64,000 nucleotides of DNA, taken from positions 640,001-704,000 of the forward strand of contig OY761614.1 in assembly GCA_963664825.1 (NCBI GenBank). The letters run 5' to 3'. This document shows, piece after piece, positions 63,299 to 64,000 of the stretch. Within the stretch, counting starts at the first letter, position 1. Each line of letters opens with the position of its first letter. The DNA comes from an uncultured Holophaga sp. GTDB taxonomy: Bacteria; Acidobacteriota; Holophagae; Holophagales; Holophagaceae. The translations under genes were made by a program, and so were the position numbers. Under the pieces are notes generated by a model. That model ran no database searches. It was given only the letters and a program-made list of their open reading frames with translations, and was not told the origin of the DNA.

Positions 63299-63967
63299 AT
63301 GGGCATCTTCGATGTGATCGGTCCCGTGATGGTGGGCCCCAGCAGCTCCCACACGGCAGGGGCGGTGCGAATCGGCCTATTCGCCCGGCGCCTCCTGGGG
63401 ACCGATCCCCTGCGGGCGGAGATCGGCCTGCACGGTTCCTTCGCGGCCACAGGCGGGGGCCACGGCACACCCCTGGCCCTGCTGGCCGGGTTGCTCGGGC
63501 TCCTGCCCAACGATGAGCGGATCCCCACCTCCGCAGCACTGGCCGCCGAACAGGGCCTGGCATACCACTTCACAACCTGCGATTTGGGGGACGCGCATCC
63601 CAATTCCGTTCGATTGAACCTGGAGGGCAAGGACACTTCCCTGGAGGTCTGCGCCAGCAGCGTCGGGGGCGGCCGCATCAAGGTCTGGAATATCGATGGC
63701 TTCAACGTGAGCCTGGATGGGGAATACCCCACGCTCCTGCTGGTCTATCCGGACCGGCCAGGGGCCGTGGCGGTGGTGGGCGCCATCCTGGCCAACGCCG
63801 CGATCAATATCGCCACCCTCAAGGCGCACCGCACCGAACGCGGGGGCCAGGCCCTCATGGCCGTCCAGCTCGACGAGACCCCTCCCACCGGCGTCCTGGA
63901 GAGCATCGAACATCTGCCTCATTTCGAGCAGGTGCGCTTCATCCCCGCCCTGGGCTTTGGAGGCTGA
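63299..63967 (+). CDS. sdaAB: L-serine dehydratase, Fe-S type, beta subunit with ACT domain
   Basis: FDVIGPVMVGPSSSHTAGAVRIG, LHGSFA.T..GHGT, HPN, SVGGG, DRPG ACT. Confidence 0.95.
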   Translation: MGIFDVIGPVMVGPSSSHTAGAVRIGLFARRLLGTDPLRAEIGLHGSFAATGGGHGTPLALLAGLLGLLPNDERIPTSAALAAEQGLAYHFTTCDLGDAHPNSVRLNLEGKDTSLEVCASSVGGGRIKVWNIDGFNVSLDGEYPTLLLVYPDRPGAVAVVGAILANAAINIATLKAHRTERGGQALMAVQLDETPPTGVLESIEHLPHFEQVRFIPALGFGG

Positions 63968-63968
63968 C

Positions 63969-64000
63969 ATGAACCCACAGACGCCCCGGGAAGGCACGCT
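63969..64000 (+). CDS. Start of the next gene, probably the serine dehydratase alpha subunit
   Basis: GGAGG RBS and ATG right after the sdaAB stop; identity inferred only from synteny. Confidence 0.4.
   Translation, partial: MNPQTPREGT

Overview
A GC-rich, mostly core-genome bacterial window. The 16S sequence and gene content suggest Acidobacteriota, class Holophagae (Geothrix/Holophaga-like); this is an inference, not a database result. In order it holds: partial ileS, a methyltransferase, an MFS transporter, RNase P RNA, a complete minus-strand rrn operon (16S-tRNA-Ala-tRNA-Ile-23S-5S), trmFO, a flagellar flgH-I-J-M-(2 ORFs)-K-L cluster with sigma54 and sigma28 promoters, prmC, a split Fe-S fumarate hydratase, holA-lptE-hpt-rnj-rsmA, a type IV pilus tip cluster (fimU/pilV/pilW/pilX/pilY1), priA, tsaD, gatC, anmK, a transglutaminase, uvrD/pcrA, an accessory block, tRNA-Leu, an amidohydrolase, PFOR (nifJ), rubrerythrin, guaB, a Ser/Thr kinase, a membrane GT2, PHP, a response regulator, truA, a ThrE exporter and sdaAB. 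The best candidate for an undescribed system is the accessory block at 43.6-46.5 kb: a lipoprotein-like gene followed by a secreted collagen/CBM-repeat fibre with a low-GC tip, then a GT2 glycosyltransferase pseudogene that the ORF track does not show as such. Also notable: a collapsed att scar at tRNA-Leu, a REP-like palindrome absorbed into a coding sequence, a bidirectional leaderless promoter between priA and tsaD, and several candidate operators and structured RNA regions. No CRISPR array, integrase or transposase was seen.
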